From contig JBILGC010000001.1 in assembly GCA_044351265.1 (NCBI GenBank), positions 30,167 through 94,166 of the forward strand: 64,000 nucleotides of DNA, read 5' to 3'. Positions 9,464-19,273 of this stretch are shown one piece after another (the first letter of the stretch is position 1; each line of letters opens with the position of its first letter). The stretch is from Bacteroidia bacterium (lineage in GTDB: Bacteria; Bacteroidota; Bacteroidia; UKL13-3). The notes beneath the pieces were generated by a model that had not been told where the DNA came from, ran no database searches, and saw nothing but the letters and a program-made list of their open reading frames with translations. A program made the translations under genes and the position numbers.

Positions 9464-10030
9464 TTATTGTTGCTGCATTTCTTTTTCTGCCAGTCTGGGC
9501 TCACCTAAAATAGGCTTCAGTATAAATTCCAGCGCACGCCAAAAACAAATAGCATCAAGGATAAAATTGGCATATGGCGTAAGTACGCAGTATGATTTAT
9601 TTTTTTCTCCGGAATGATGAACAGCATGATGCCTTGGCTTTTGGAACAACCCTACTTGCTGCAAAAACCTAACTATAAAAGGAACCTTTCTTGCAGGCAT
9701 ATGCACATATTTATGCACCTGATTTGCATTAGCCGAAAGAACAGCAAAAACCCAAACATGCCATGTAAGTGCATTGTTCCAGTAAGAAATGAGTACAATT
9801 AAGCCCGATATTAAGGTAAGATCCCAGGAGCTTTGCAGCCATGTTTTTTTGGTAAATGCAGCCGGATGCACATGGTGCTCAAGATTGGGTTTAACAACCC
9901 ATTTGCCCCAAATAGGGGTTTTTTCTGTGCCATAGGTATCTTCAAACCAATGTACAAATCCTGATATAAAATCAGCAAATAAAATGGTGAGCGCCAGCTC
10001 AACAATAATTTGAATTACTTGAATAATCAT
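9464..10030 (-). CDS. CarF/TMEM189(PEDS1)/FAD4-family (Kua domain) membrane lipid desaturase
   Basis: Start trimmed to ATG 10030, giving 188 aa. Histidine boxes sit in the family-typical context: DFISGFVHWFEDTYG, LEHHVHP, ANQVHKYVHM and RHHAVHH followed by SYCVLT and FWRALE. Confidence 0.8.
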   Translation of the reverse strand: MIIQVIQIIVELALTILFADFISGFVHWFEDTYGTEKTPIWGKWVVKPNLEHHVHPAAFTKKTWLQSSWDLTLISGLIVLISYWNNALTWHVWVFAVLSANANQVHKYVHMPARKVPFIVRFLQQVGLFQKPRHHAVHHSGEKNKSYCVLTPYANFILDAICFWRALEFILKPILGEPRLAEKEMQQQ

Positions 10031-10149
10031 ATCTGTAGAATTACAGATACAAATAAAATTGAGCCTGCTGATTGGAATTTTGATATAAATCAAAAAAGCC
10101 TATTCAGATAAATTGCTTCTGAGTAATTAGAATCTAAGGATAATTGTTT

Positions 10150-10208
10150 CGCCCGTTCACACGGAAAGCATGCACCGCAAGACGGTATGCCATTCGCGTG
10201 AACGGGCG
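10150..10208. other. 59-nt rod-like imperfect palindrome
   Basis: An 11-bp perfect outer stem cgcccgttcac / gtgaacgggcg encloses GCAT..ACCG-caaga-CGGT-ATGC. It lies between tRNA-Arg and the desaturase gene. Confidence 0.5.
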
Positions 10209-10300
10209 GGGTAGGCAGCAAAAGCGCCTTTCGCTACAGTATATGCCAACAAAAAAGCCCTGAATCATTTTAAACTCAAGGCCCTAATTGCTATTATTTG

Positions 10301-10372
10301 TAGTCTCGACAGGAATCGAACCTGTATCAAATGTTTAGGAAACATCTATTCTATCCATTGAACTACGAGACC
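10301..10372 (-). tRNA. tRNA-Arg (anticodon CCT)
   Basis: Reverse complement GGTCTCGTAGTTCAATGGATAGAATAGATGTTTCCTAAACATTTGATACAGGTTCGATTCCTGTCGAGACTA folds as a cloverleaf. It has a 7-bp acceptor stem (G1-U72 wobble), anticodon loop TT-CCT-AA and a GGTTCGATTCC T-arm. CCA is not encoded. Confidence 0.9.
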
Positions 10373-10500
10373 ATAAACCCTTGCTGGGCTTAGGTCAAAG
10401 ATAATAAAGTTTTATAAAAATAGTCGATTTCGACACTTTACTGCTCAATTCACTGCTCACTTTTTTAGTAAAATTATTTGGTTGTTAACCTGTTTTAACA

Positions 10501-10527
10501 AACAAGGGGACTATCAGTCCCCTTGTT
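10501..10527 (-). terminator. terminator-like hairpin downstream of the 10550-12070 gene
   Basis: aacaaggggac-tatca-gtccccttgtt, an 11-bp perfect stem lying 23 nt past the stop codon. The flanking T run is weak. Confidence 0.5.
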
Positions 10528-10549
10528 ACAGTTAATTTATAGGTAGTAA

Positions 10550-12070
10550 TTATTTTACTATTAGAATTTTATTGGTAGATATCAACTTATTATTTGAGTC
10601 GTAAATAGTAAGTATGTACACACCATTTGCAAGCGATGAAATATCAATCGTACCCGAAGTAGGTGAAACAACTGTTTGCCCGGTTACACCTGTTAACCTA
10701 GCAATGTAATTACCTGGTTTTTCTAAATCAATATGCAATACTGTTGCTGCCGGGTTAGGATACACCTTGATGCTATTTAGTAAAGGAGAAGCTAAAGTCA
10801 GACCGGTACGAATAGATATCTTCAATGTATCAGTTGTGATATTGCTACCTACATACAGAGTGTCGTGTTTGTTTGCTAAGTCAGTCTCCAATTGTCTAAT
10901 CCTGTTTCCTTTAGATGTTGTATCTGCTTTAAGCGAAATCAGATTAATTGAGTCTGAGGCTATATCACTAACAATTAGTGAAACAATGTTTGAGGTGTCG
11001 GCACAACCGCTTTTTGATGCGATAACACGGAATCTTTGATTATGGTTCGAAACATTAACATTATTAACTGTTAAAGCGGTTGTTGTTATTCCTAAATATT
11101 GATTGTTAATAGGAACATTTTGCCAACCAAATCCTATAGGGTTTGATTGCCATTGGTAATTGTAACCGCTTCCTGAATAAGTGAACGAAAAGTTTTTATT
11201 TGTTCCTTTTGCTCCCGATTGGTTAGTTGGTTGAGTTGTAATGGAATCAGCACAATTATTTGTAACTAAACGTAAAGGAGTTGCTATTGCATTCATAATT
11301 TCACACTGTGAGGAGTCGGTCGAATACTTTTGAACAATTCCAATTATCTTCAAATTATTTAAATTGTAAGTAGGCGGTATGTTGTAAAAAAAACTCATAG
11401 TATCAATTTGGTTTATGGTGGGGTTGCTGCATTTATAAGCACCCCATTCTGATCCTAAATAAGCCCTGAGTACATCTAAGTGAGGAAAATTCGAAATTGG
11501 GTCACCAACATTCATGTAGCTGCAAGATCCACCGTTGCTATTATTTCTTTGGTTTTGAATCAGACTATCCTCAGTGATTAGTACATTAAACCTGTATTCA
11601 CCAGATAAATTTGAAAGTGCTTTCCCAGTGACAAGTACACTTAATTGTTGACCTTGTTTGTTTACTGTCATTGACACTTGATAATTGGGTGAGGCACTAT
11701 TTCTTGAAATAATAGCATTTTGCCAGCTACCTCTTGGAAAAGCTAAACTCCCTAAATAAGGAACTCTATCAATGGTGGCGATTGGAATTCCGTAAGCATA
11801 TGTAGAGTTCCATTGGTCTGAAGATGTATATTTTAGAGGTGCTTGCCCCCAGCTATTATTATGGTTATTAACAATAATTAGTTTGGAATATGTACCACGA
11901 AAACCATCTTGTCTGCAATAGGCATCTGGAACAAAAATGTTATTCGATCCTACAGCAACCTCCATTAAAACATATTTATCAGCTCCAGAAGTAAATGTAT
12001 TTTGAGCGATTATTGTATTAGTTAATAGAGTAACACTAATTGAAAAATTTAGGATAAGTTTAAATCTCAT
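10550..12070 (-). CDS. secreted protein with Ig-like domain and T9SS type-A C-terminal sorting domain
   Basis: 506 aa. Signal peptide MRFKLILNFSISVTLLTNTIIAQ. C-terminus VYPNPAATVLHIDL...GVYILTIYDSNNKLISTNKILIVK is a typical Por/T9SS CTD. The gene looks AT-richer than its neighbours. Confidence 0.8.
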   Translation of the reverse strand: MRFKLILNFSISVTLLTNTIIAQNTFTSGADKYVLMEVAVGSNNIFVPDAYCRQDGFRGTYSKLIIVNNHNNSWGQAPLKYTSSDQWNSTYAYGIPIATIDRVPYLGSLAFPRGSWQNAIISRNSASPNYQVSMTVNKQGQQLSVLVTGKALSNLSGEYRFNVLITEDSLIQNQRNNSNGGSCSYMNVGDPISNFPHLDVLRAYLGSEWGAYKCSNPTINQIDTMSFFYNIPPTYNLNNLKIIGIVQKYSTDSSQCEIMNAIATPLRLVTNNCADSITTQPTNQSGAKGTNKNFSFTYSGSGYNYQWQSNPIGFGWQNVPINNQYLGITTTALTVNNVNVSNHNQRFRVIASKSGCADTSNIVSLIVSDIASDSINLISLKADTTSKGNRIRQLETDLANKHDTLYVGSNITTDTLKISIRTGLTLASPLLNSIKVYPNPAATVLHIDLEKPGNYIARLTGVTGQTVVSPTSGTIDISSLANGVYILTIYDSNNKLISTNKILIVK

Positions 12071-12461
12071 TATATTTTATTGTTTAATTATCTTACTTGT
12101 AAGGTTTTTCGAATTACGCCTCTTTTATTCATGTGGGTTCTGAACTCCATAGTAACAGTTTCAGTTTTAGAATTTGGGCTGGTTATTAATTGCAATTTAA
12201 TGTTCTTGTTTTAATAATCAAAACATCATTGGGTTTTTCTTGATTAGAATCAAAGGTTTGTGAATTATAATGCATAAAGCACGGAATAACAAAAGTAAGG
12301 TTACGGAAATTTGTCAGATACACTTAGTTAAATTCTAACGCAGTGTTACAACTACTGCTCAATTCACTACTCAATTTGTAATTTTTAACTTACTAAAATC
12401 CATGAAAAGTATTGTTGATATGGAGGTGCAGGGGATAAGGTGAAATGGTATATTAATATTG

Positions 12462-12480
12462 ATCTATTCTATCCATTGAA
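12462..12480 (-). other. tRNA-Arg-derived fragment (19 nt identical to 10344-10362)
   Basis: atctattctatccattgaa is identical to the D-arm/anticodon-stem segment of the tRNA-Arg gene 2.1 kb away. The flanks do not complete a cloverleaf. A second degenerate copy, ttctatccattcaa, lies at 12581-12594. Confidence 0.6.
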
Positions 12481-12654
12481 TGCCGCAACAGTCAAAATCT
12501 TTGATTTTGCTCTGATGCGAGCATCCTCGAAAAATTACGCAAACCCTGTTTGCTATTTTTCGGGACTAGGTGACCATATCTTCTATCCATTCAATATCGC
12601 AAATATCTTTAATCTGTGCTACAAATCAAGCAATGGCGCAATTTTTAGCTTGCC

Positions 12655-14742
12655 TTATTTTACTACACTTCCGGGCTCAATATCTTTTTCAGGGCCTACG
12701 CTGTATAGCTTACCAAAATCATTTCCTGCCATTAGTAACATACCTTGACTTTCTATGCCGCGTATTTTTCGTGGTGCCAAGTTTGCTACCACCGTTACCA
12801 ATTTGCCCACCAACTCCTCCGGTTTATAATACTCTGCAATGCCCGATAAAATGGTGCGTTGCTCAAAGCCTAAATCAACTGTTAGCTTTAATAACTTATC
12901 TGCCTTGGGCACACGCTCTGCAGATAAAACTTTCCCTACACGCAAATCTATTTTATCAAAATCATCATATGCAATATCCCCTTTTACAACATTGAGCTTT
13001 GCGGGCTCAGCCGTTGCTTGCATTTCATTATCTTTCTTAATTTGGGCAAGCCTTTCAATTTGTTTTTGTACTTCTTCGTCCTCTATGGGTTTAAACAGAA
13101 TGGATGCTTCGTTGAGTTGATGGCCTTCACCTAAAAATTCAAGACTCTCAAAAAAGTGAATATCCCACAATTTCTTATCAAATGTAAGTTTAAGCAATGC
13201 TGCAATTTTATCTGATGTGTTTGGCAAAAATGGTCGTCCTGCAATGCTTAATGCTGCGGCAATCTGCAAACCCATATGCAATACACTGGCAGTTTTTTCC
13301 TTATCGGTTTTTATGAGATGCCAGGGCTCCAGCTCAGCCAGATACTTATTGCCTAAGCGTGCAATATTCATGAGTTCAGCTTGCGCTTCTCTAAAACGGA
13401 AATGATGCAGTGCCTCTTCCATCACATGAAAACCAAACTTTATTTCTTTGCGGTATTGGTTGTCTTGCGCATGATGAGTGCTGTTATAGGCGGGTACTTT
13501 TCCATCAAAAAATTTCCAAGTAAGCACCATTACGCGATTCACAAAGTTGCCAAGTATAGAAACAAGCTCACTGTTTACACGCTGCTGATAATCTTTCCAG
13601 CTAAAGTCACTATCCTTGGTTTCAGGAGCAATAGAGGTGAGTACATAGCGCAACTCATCCTCCCTACCCGGAAAATCATTCAGGTACTCATGCAGCCATA
13701 CAGCCCAATTGCGCGAAGTAGAAATTTTATCGCCCTCCAAATTCAGAAACTCATTGGCCGGCACATTATCAGGTAAAACAAACTCACCCTGTGCGTGCAA
13801 GATGGCAGGAAATATGAGGCAGTGAAACACAATATTGTCTTTACCAATAAAATGTAACAAACGTGTTCCGCTATTTTTATCCCAGTAGTCGTGCCAGTTT
13901 TTTCCATTGGCTTCGCACCATGCTTTAGTAGCTGATACATAACCGATGGGTGCATCAAACCAAACATACAGCACTTTGCCTTCGGCACCTTTTACAGGTA
14001 CAGGCACACCCCAATACAAATCACGTGTAATGGCACGTGGCTGCAAGCCGGCATCCAGCCAGCTTTTACATTGGCCAAACACGTTTACTTTCCAGTCGTC
14101 TTTATGCTTATTTATATACTCATTTAAAAAAGTTTCCTGCAATTGATCTAGCGGCAGATACCAATGGCTGGTGGTTTTAAGAACAGGTGTATTACCACTG
14201 ATGGCTGAGCGCGGATTAATTAAATCTTTAGGGCTTAAACTGGTACCACATTTTTCGCATTGATCTCCGTATGCACTGCCATTTCCGCAGCGGGGGCAAG
14301 TGCCTGTAATATAACGATCGGCCAGAAACTGTTTTTGCTCCTCATCATAATACTGCTCCTCTGTTTTTTCAATAAAGCCGCCCTTTTCATGCATCACCTT
14401 AAAAAAATCAGATGCTGTTTCGGCATGTAATTTTTCTGAGGTGCGGTGATAGATATCGAAAGAAATTCCAAATCGGGCAAAACTATCTTTCATCAGGTTA
14501 TGATACTTATCTACCAGTTGCTGGGGAGTAATGCCTTCCTTTTTTGCTTTTAGGGTAATGGCAACGCCATGCTCATCACTGCCGCACACAAACAATACAT
14601 CTTTGCCTGAAAGGCGCAGATAGCGGGCATAAATATCGGCAGGCAAATAGCAACCCGCTAAATGGCCTATATGCACAGGACCATTGGCATAAGGCAGCGC
14701 TGCTGTAATTAATGTTCTTTTAGGTTCTGATGTTGTCGTCAT
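12655..14742 (-). CDS. metG: methionine--tRNA ligase
   Basis: Start trimmed to ATG 14742 ([11 protein letters not shown]), giving 695 aa. HIGH motif [14 protein letters not shown], zinc knuckles CPRCG/CEKCG, KMSKS-type KISTSRN, and a C-terminal EMAP/Trbp111-like tRNA-binding domain. Confidence 0.96.
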   Translation of the reverse strand: MTTTSEPKRTLITAALPYANGPVHIGHLAGCYLPADIYARYLRLSGKDVLFVCGSDEHGVAITLKAKKEGITPQQLVDKYHNLMKDSFARFGISFDIYHRTSEKLHAETASDFFKVMHEKGGFIEKTEEQYYDEEQKQFLADRYITGTCPRCGNGSAYGDQCEKCGTSLSPKDLINPRSAISGNTPVLKTTSHWYLPLDQLQETFLNEYINKHKDDWKVNVFGQCKSWLDAGLQPRAITRDLYWGVPVPVKGAEGKVLYVWFDAPIGYVSATKAWCEANGKNWHDYWDKNSGTRLLHFIGKDNIVFHCLIFPAILHAQGEFVLPDNVPANEFLNLEGDKISTSRNWAVWLHEYLNDFPGREDELRYVLTSIAPETKDSDFSWKDYQQRVNSELVSILGNFVNRVMVLTWKFFDGKVPAYNSTHHAQDNQYRKEIKFGFHVMEEALHHFRFREAQAELMNIARLGNKYLAELEPWHLIKTDKEKTASVLHMGLQIAAALSIAGRPFLPNTSDKIAALLKLTFDKKLWDIHFFESLEFLGEGHQLNEASILFKPIEDEEVQKQIERLAQIKKDNEMQATAEPAKLNVVKGDIAYDDFDKIDLRVGKVLSAERVPKADKLLKLTVDLGFEQRTILSGIAEYYKPEELVGKLVTVVANLAPRKIRGIESQGMLLMAGNDFGKLYSVGPEKDIEPGSVVK

Positions 14743-14885
14743 ATAAAAGCATTGCAAATTACGGCAAATTGAACGAAAGCGAAAACGATAAATGAAAGGT
14801 CTTCTTGAACTCAATCAGATGCTGGAATACACTGTATAACGCTTGCTGTTTTTTTACATCTTTGCATGCCTATTGACTACAAATT

Positions 14886-15383
14886 ATGGAGCCTTTTAAT
14901 GAAACACAGGAAGCAAAGTATAGCAACTGGAAACTGATATGGTTACCCATTGTTGCAGCTTTCTTTTTTGCTGATTTATTTCTTGACAATGAACGGGCGA
15001 GTCTGTTGTTTTGGTTACCCGGAATAATAGTTACTGCTCTTTTGGTCATAATTATTCGTTTACTCCATCTAGATACAAGAATTGATGAAAGCGGTATTTC
15101 TGTAAAATTTAGCCTGCTTATGTCTAGACCAAAAAAATATTTATGGGATGACATTAACCGAGCGGAGATTAAAAGATATAGTCCAATTAAAGAATACGGA
15201 GGTTGGGGTTTTCGGCTGGGTTTATTTAGTAATAAACGCGCTTATAGCATTTCGGGTAATATAGGTTTGAAGCTCACGCTCAAAAACGGGCAAACCGTGA
15301 TGGTTGGGACCAAAAAAGCTGAGGCATTGCAAGCGTACTTGGAATATCTGAAATGTGCACATCAGGTTGCTGCTTTAAAATAG
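14886..15383 (+). CDS. hypothetical membrane protein (two N-terminal TM helices, soluble C-terminal domain)
   Basis: 165-aa ORF with two hydrophobic helices (LIWLPIVAAFFFADLFL and LLFWLPGIIVTALLVIIIRLL). No recognised motif. Confidence 0.6.
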   Translation: MEPFNETQEAKYSNWKLIWLPIVAAFFFADLFLDNERASLLFWLPGIIVTALLVIIIRLLHLDTRIDESGISVKFSLLMSRPKKYLWDDINRAEIKRYSPIKEYGGWGFRLGLFSNKRAYSISGNIGLKLTLKNGQTVMVGTKKAEALQAYLEYLKCAHQVAALK

Positions 15384-15402
15384 CTGTATAAATGCTGCTG
15401 AA

Positions 15403-16626
15403 TTACTTAGAGGCACCAAGGCCTGCCAGGTAACCGGTGGTCCATGCTGCCTGAAAATTAAAGCCTCCGGTTATGCCATCTATATCCAAAATTTCGCCTG
15501 CAAAATGTATGTCTTTGCAGCGCTTACTTTGCATGGTTTTAAAATCAATATCATCTAACCCAATACCACCGCAGGTTACAAACTCTTCCTTAAAAGGAGT
15601 TTTGCCTTTTACTTGGTAGGTATCATAAAGCAAATTATTTACAAAACGATTTACATCCTCCTTTGAAATTTCGCCCCACTTCATTTTATCATTAATACCG
15701 GTTTTTTCAAACAGATAATGCAGTAAACGTTTGGGCAATATAAAAGGGAACAGCACATTGATTTGCTTGGAAGGATTAGCAGCTTTTAAATTCATGAGCT
15801 CTAGGCGTGCTACTTCCTCTTTCTTTTCATTCATCCAATTTATCTGTACCTGAAAATTGTAATCTTTTTCTGCAAGTATGCGTGCTCCGTAAGATGATAA
15901 TTTTAATATGGCAGGTCCGCTAAGTCCCCAATGTGTAATGAGCACCGGTCCACTAAATTCCAGTTTGGTATCTAAAATTTTTGCTTTGGCAGGATTAACA
16001 GAAATGCCCTGAAGGTTTGCCAATTCTTCATCCTGAATATTAAAGGTGAAAAGAGAAGGCACAGGCTCAATAATTTCATGGCCCAATTCTTTAATCCAAT
16101 TTAATCCCTCAATTTTAGGGCTGCCACCACATGCAACAATTAGTTTATCACATTCCATTTTTTCGCCACTGCCCAATTTTAATTCAAAACCACCATGGAA
16201 ACGCGGAGTTATCTGCTTAACCTCTGTTTGATCCTTAATTTCTATTTTTAACTTTTTAGCTTCTTTTAGCAGGCATTTTATAATGGTTTCAGAGTTATCG
16301 GTGGTGGGGAACATTCGGCCATCTTCCTCCGTCTTTAATTTCACCCCTCTTTCTTCAAACCATTTAACGGTATCGGTGGTCATAAACCTGCTGAATGCAC
16401 TTTTAAGTTGCTTCTCTCCTCTTGGGTATGAAAGCGATAACTGTTTCAGATCAAAACAGGCATGCGTAACATTGCAACGCCCACCCCCGGAAACAGCCAC
16501 CTTGCTTAAAAGCTTATTGGTTTTTTCCAGAATAATAACCTCTGCATCGTTATTTGCCTGAGCACAGGTTATGGCAGCAAAAAAACCTGCTGCTCCTCCT
16601 CCTGCTACAACTACCTTTCTTTTCAA
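15403..16626 (-). CDS. NAD(P)/FAD-dependent oxidoreductase, HI0933/BaiN family
   Basis: 407 aa. Rossmann motif VVVAGGGAAGFFAAI, GGGRCNVTH, and C-terminal GGFNFQAAWTTG typical of the HI0933-like flavoprotein family. Confidence 0.85.
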   Translation of the reverse strand: MKRKVVVAGGGAAGFFAAITCAQANNDAEVIILEKTNKLLSKVAVSGGGRCNVTHACFDLKQLSLSYPRGEKQLKSAFSRFMTTDTVKWFEERGVKLKTEEDGRMFPTTDNSETIIKCLLKEAKKLKIEIKDQTEVKQITPRFHGGFELKLGSGEKMECDKLIVACGGSPKIEGLNWIKELGHEIIEPVPSLFTFNIQDEELANLQGISVNPAKAKILDTKLEFSGPVLITHWGLSGPAILKLSSYGARILAEKDYNFQVQINWMNEKKEEVARLELMNLKAANPSKQINVLFPFILPKRLLHYLFEKTGINDKMKWGEISKEDVNRFVNNLLYDTYQVKGKTPFKEEFVTCGGIGLDDIDFKTMQSKRCKDIHFAGEILDIDGITGGFNFQAAWTTGYLAGLGASK

Positions 16627-16696
16627 AATGAGCTAGAATTTTAAGTTAAGCGACTAAAAAAGTCGGTGCAAAAGTAGCAATAATTTCAGAATTGCC

Positions 16697-17944
16697 TCAA
16701 TCGTTTAACAGCAGTTTGGCGTAGAAAAGCGGATTACGCAACTTGGCCCTTAAATCAAGGTCTTCAAACATGCAACTGATTGTTTCTCTAAGCGCCTTAT
16801 TTTTGTTGGCTTTATTAACCACAAAGTTAAACAGCCAGGGGTATTTACATAGTTTTTGCATGGTATGGCTTAATTTTAGCTCATCCCATTGCCTATTGTA
16901 AAAAGCTAAATCATAACGCTTTAAGAATTCTTCATCAAATTTATTGGCTTTAATTGCCTCCTCTATAACAGAGGCTGCCATCATGCCGCTGTATAGGGCA
17001 TTGCCTATACCTTCACCGGTAAATGGGTCAATTAAAGAGCCTGCATCTCCTACCAAAAGGTATCCGTTTCCGGAAAGACTTCTTTTTTTTGAGCCCAGCG
17101 GCAAACCCCAGCCTTGTATTTTGCCCTGCAATGTGGCATTTTTAAATCTGTCTTTAATTTTAGGATTATTGGCAATAGCTCTGAGCATGTCGGCTTTGAG
17201 GTTCACCTTTTTCTTGCTCACGGTAGCACTAAGCATGCCCGCACCCACATTGGCTTCTCCGTTTGGTAAAGGGAAAATCCAGAAATACCCCGGTAGCAAT
17301 TCTTCTAAAAAGTGTAACTCAATAAAGTTTTGCGGATGCATGCCCTCTACCCCTTTATAGTAAGCCCTAATACCCGCACAATAGTGATTATTCTCCTTTG
17401 ATATACCTGCCAGTTTCTTGGCAACAATAGAGCGGTCGCCTTCGGCACCAATCAATAGATGTATGCCGCTAATGGTTTCGGTTTTGCCATTTTGGGAATA
17501 CCTGATTTCTGAAATGCCTTGGTTTTGATTAATTTCAGTTACCTCAGCACCTTGCAGCACATTTGCAAATCGTGTGTCAATAAGCTTAAACAGCTCATGG
17601 TCAAAATGCATTCTTTTGGCAATAAAACCCGGTGGATGGGCCTGATTGCTCATGTCTGATTTAAACGGAATATCAATGTGCTTCCCGTTTGGTGCTACAA
17701 ACTTTACCCCCCAGCTATCAATGAATTTATCGGTTTGTGCTGCAAACTGATGCACAATTTGAGGATTTAGTTCATTGAGCACATACACGGTTTTGCCACT
17801 CAGGGCATCACCACAAATCTTATCGCGTGGAAAAGTTTGCTTTTCGAGAATGGTGTGCGGTATGCCCTGCTTGGCCAAAAAAAGAGAGGTGGCACAACCG
17901 GCAGGCCCTGCTCCAATTATTACAATCTGATGAGTTGAAAGCAT
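16697..17944 (-). CDS. geranylgeranyl reductase-family FAD-dependent oxidoreductase
   Basis: 415 aa. Contains IVIIGAGPAGCATSLFLAK, RDKICGDALSG and LVGDAGSLIDPFTGEGIGNA motifs. Confidence 0.85.
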   Translation of the reverse strand: MLSTHQIVIIGAGPAGCATSLFLAKQGIPHTILEKQTFPRDKICGDALSGKTVYVLNELNPQIVHQFAAQTDKFIDSWGVKFVAPNGKHIDIPFKSDMSNQAHPPGFIAKRMHFDHELFKLIDTRFANVLQGAEVTEINQNQGISEIRYSQNGKTETISGIHLLIGAEGDRSIVAKKLAGISKENNHYCAGIRAYYKGVEGMHPQNFIELHFLEELLPGYFWIFPLPNGEANVGAGMLSATVSKKKVNLKADMLRAIANNPKIKDRFKNATLQGKIQGWGLPLGSKKRSLSGNGYLLVGDAGSLIDPFTGEGIGNALYSGMMAASVIEEAIKANKFDEEFLKRYDLAFYNRQWDELKLSHTMQKLCKYPWLFNFVVNKANKNKALRETISCMFEDLDLRAKLRNPLFYAKLLLND

Positions 17945-18023
17945 GCTAAATTACATTGCAATGATAATAGGCTAAAAGCAAATATTGTTATCTTATGCAC
18001 AAACGGCTTGAAAAACAATACTT

Positions 18024-19160
18024 ATGAATGCACCTGCCCCTACTAATTACTCATATCATTACATTTGCGCAATGGAACAAGCCGACTGGTTAAATACGGA
18101 TTTTTTGGGCAACACCCTCAGAGATTATGCTTGGTGCATGAGCATCCTGTTACTGGGTATTTTATTAAAAAGATTTGGCGCCACATTTTTAAGCCGTCAA
18201 TCTTTTCGAATATTCAAGCAATTTTCGAAAAATCAGTTTTCGGAAGTATTTGTTGAATTGCTCCGAAAACCGATTGAACAATTGCTTTTATTGCTGATAT
18301 TATATTTTGCTTTTGCGCGACTCAATTTCCCTGAAAACTGGAATTTGGTACCCGATACCCAATATGGGCTACGCTGGTGTATTGATGCACTATATGGAAT
18401 TGCATTGTTTGTGGTAATTGCCAAAATACTGCTAAAGGCAACCGACTTTTTTGCCTACGTGTTGCAAAACAGAGAAGAGTCGCCTGTATCCTTTGAGTTA
18501 TCGAATTTCCTTAAGGAACTAATTAAAGTAGTGCTTGTTGTATTGTGCGTATTTGCGGGCCTTAGGTTTGTATTTGATGTAAATATTACTGCACTTGTTG
18601 CCTCTTTAGGTATAGGTGGATTGGCAGTGGCTTTGGCAGCTCAGGATACGCTGGCAAACCTGCTTGGATCTTTTGTAATTTATCTGGACAAACCTTTTAA
18701 GGCAGGCGATTTAATAGAGGCTGATGGCATTACCGGCCGCATTGAACATGTGGGTTTCAGAACCACACGCATACGCACATTGGAAAAAAGCCTGATAACA
18801 GTGCCCAATAAAAAGTTAATTGATACGGCATTAAACAACATCACCTTGAGTGACATGAGAAGGGTACGCTTCAACATTGCATTAACTTATAATAGCAAAC
18901 CTGAGCAGATAATCGGTATTATTGATGAAATAAAATCAATTATAGTTTCACACCCGAAAACAGGAGATGAATTTGTGGTGCGTTTTGTTGATTTCGACAG
19001 CAGCTCTCTGAATATTTTGGTAATTTATTTTGTGAAAAGCAATGAATTTGAAGTAATGGTTGATGTGAAAGAGCAAATTAATTTAAACATCATGAAAATC
19101 ATAGAGAAGCATGGCTGTGCCTTTGCTTTCCCTACTCAAACCATTCACCTGCAGCAATAA
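18024..19160 (+). CDS. mechanosensitive ion channel (MscS family) protein
   Basis: 378 aa. Several TM helices followed by the MscS core GIGGLAVALAAQDTLANLLGSFVIYLDKPFKAGD..GRIEHVGFRTTRIRT. The start is uncertain (alternative ATG at 18072). Confidence 0.88.
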   Translation: MNAPAPTNYSYHYICAMEQADWLNTDFLGNTLRDYAWCMSILLLGILLKRFGATFLSRQSFRIFKQFSKNQFSEVFVELLRKPIEQLLLLLILYFAFARLNFPENWNLVPDTQYGLRWCIDALYGIALFVVIAKILLKATDFFAYVLQNREESPVSFELSNFLKELIKVVLVVLCVFAGLRFVFDVNITALVASLGIGGLAVALAAQDTLANLLGSFVIYLDKPFKAGDLIEADGITGRIEHVGFRTTRIRTLEKSLITVPNKKLIDTALNNITLSDMRRVRFNIALTYNSKPEQIIGIIDEIKSIIVSHPKTGDEFVVRFVDFDSSSLNILVIYFVKSNEFEVMVDVKEQINLNIMKIIEKHGCAFAFPTQTIHLQQ

Positions 19161-19245
19161 GGCGCAGTGAAGACCTTCATGGTTTCTTTTTTCATCATCC
19201 AATCGAATGTTATTTATGCCAATATGTCAATGGCTTGATTTTTGG

Positions 19246-19253
19246 TAACTTTG
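19246..19253 (+). promoter_or_regulatory. -7 promoter box TAACTTTG
   Basis: Exact TAnnTTTG 20 nt upstream of ATG 19274. It lies inside the longer ORF-track frame, so it supports the shorter start. Confidence 0.4.
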
Positions 19254-19273
19254 CGACTACTGATTTAACCCGG

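Noticed and set aside
10301-12654. Integrated mobile element or genomic island at tRNA-Arg (and likewise at tRNA-Glu, 50633-51145)
   Set aside because: No integrase, recombinase, transposase or phage gene is present. The repeat order and orientation do not form a clean attL/attR pair. Only one cargo gene is present at the tRNA-Arg locus and none at the tRNA-Glu locus. These are reported as scars or anomalies only.
12440-12995. Plus-strand ORFs of 102 aa and 141 aa at the metG 3' end and intergenic region
   Set aside because: They overlap the metG C-terminal tRNA-binding domain in antisense and run through the tRNA-fragment region. Their translations are low-complexity and hydrophobic, with no signal or motif.
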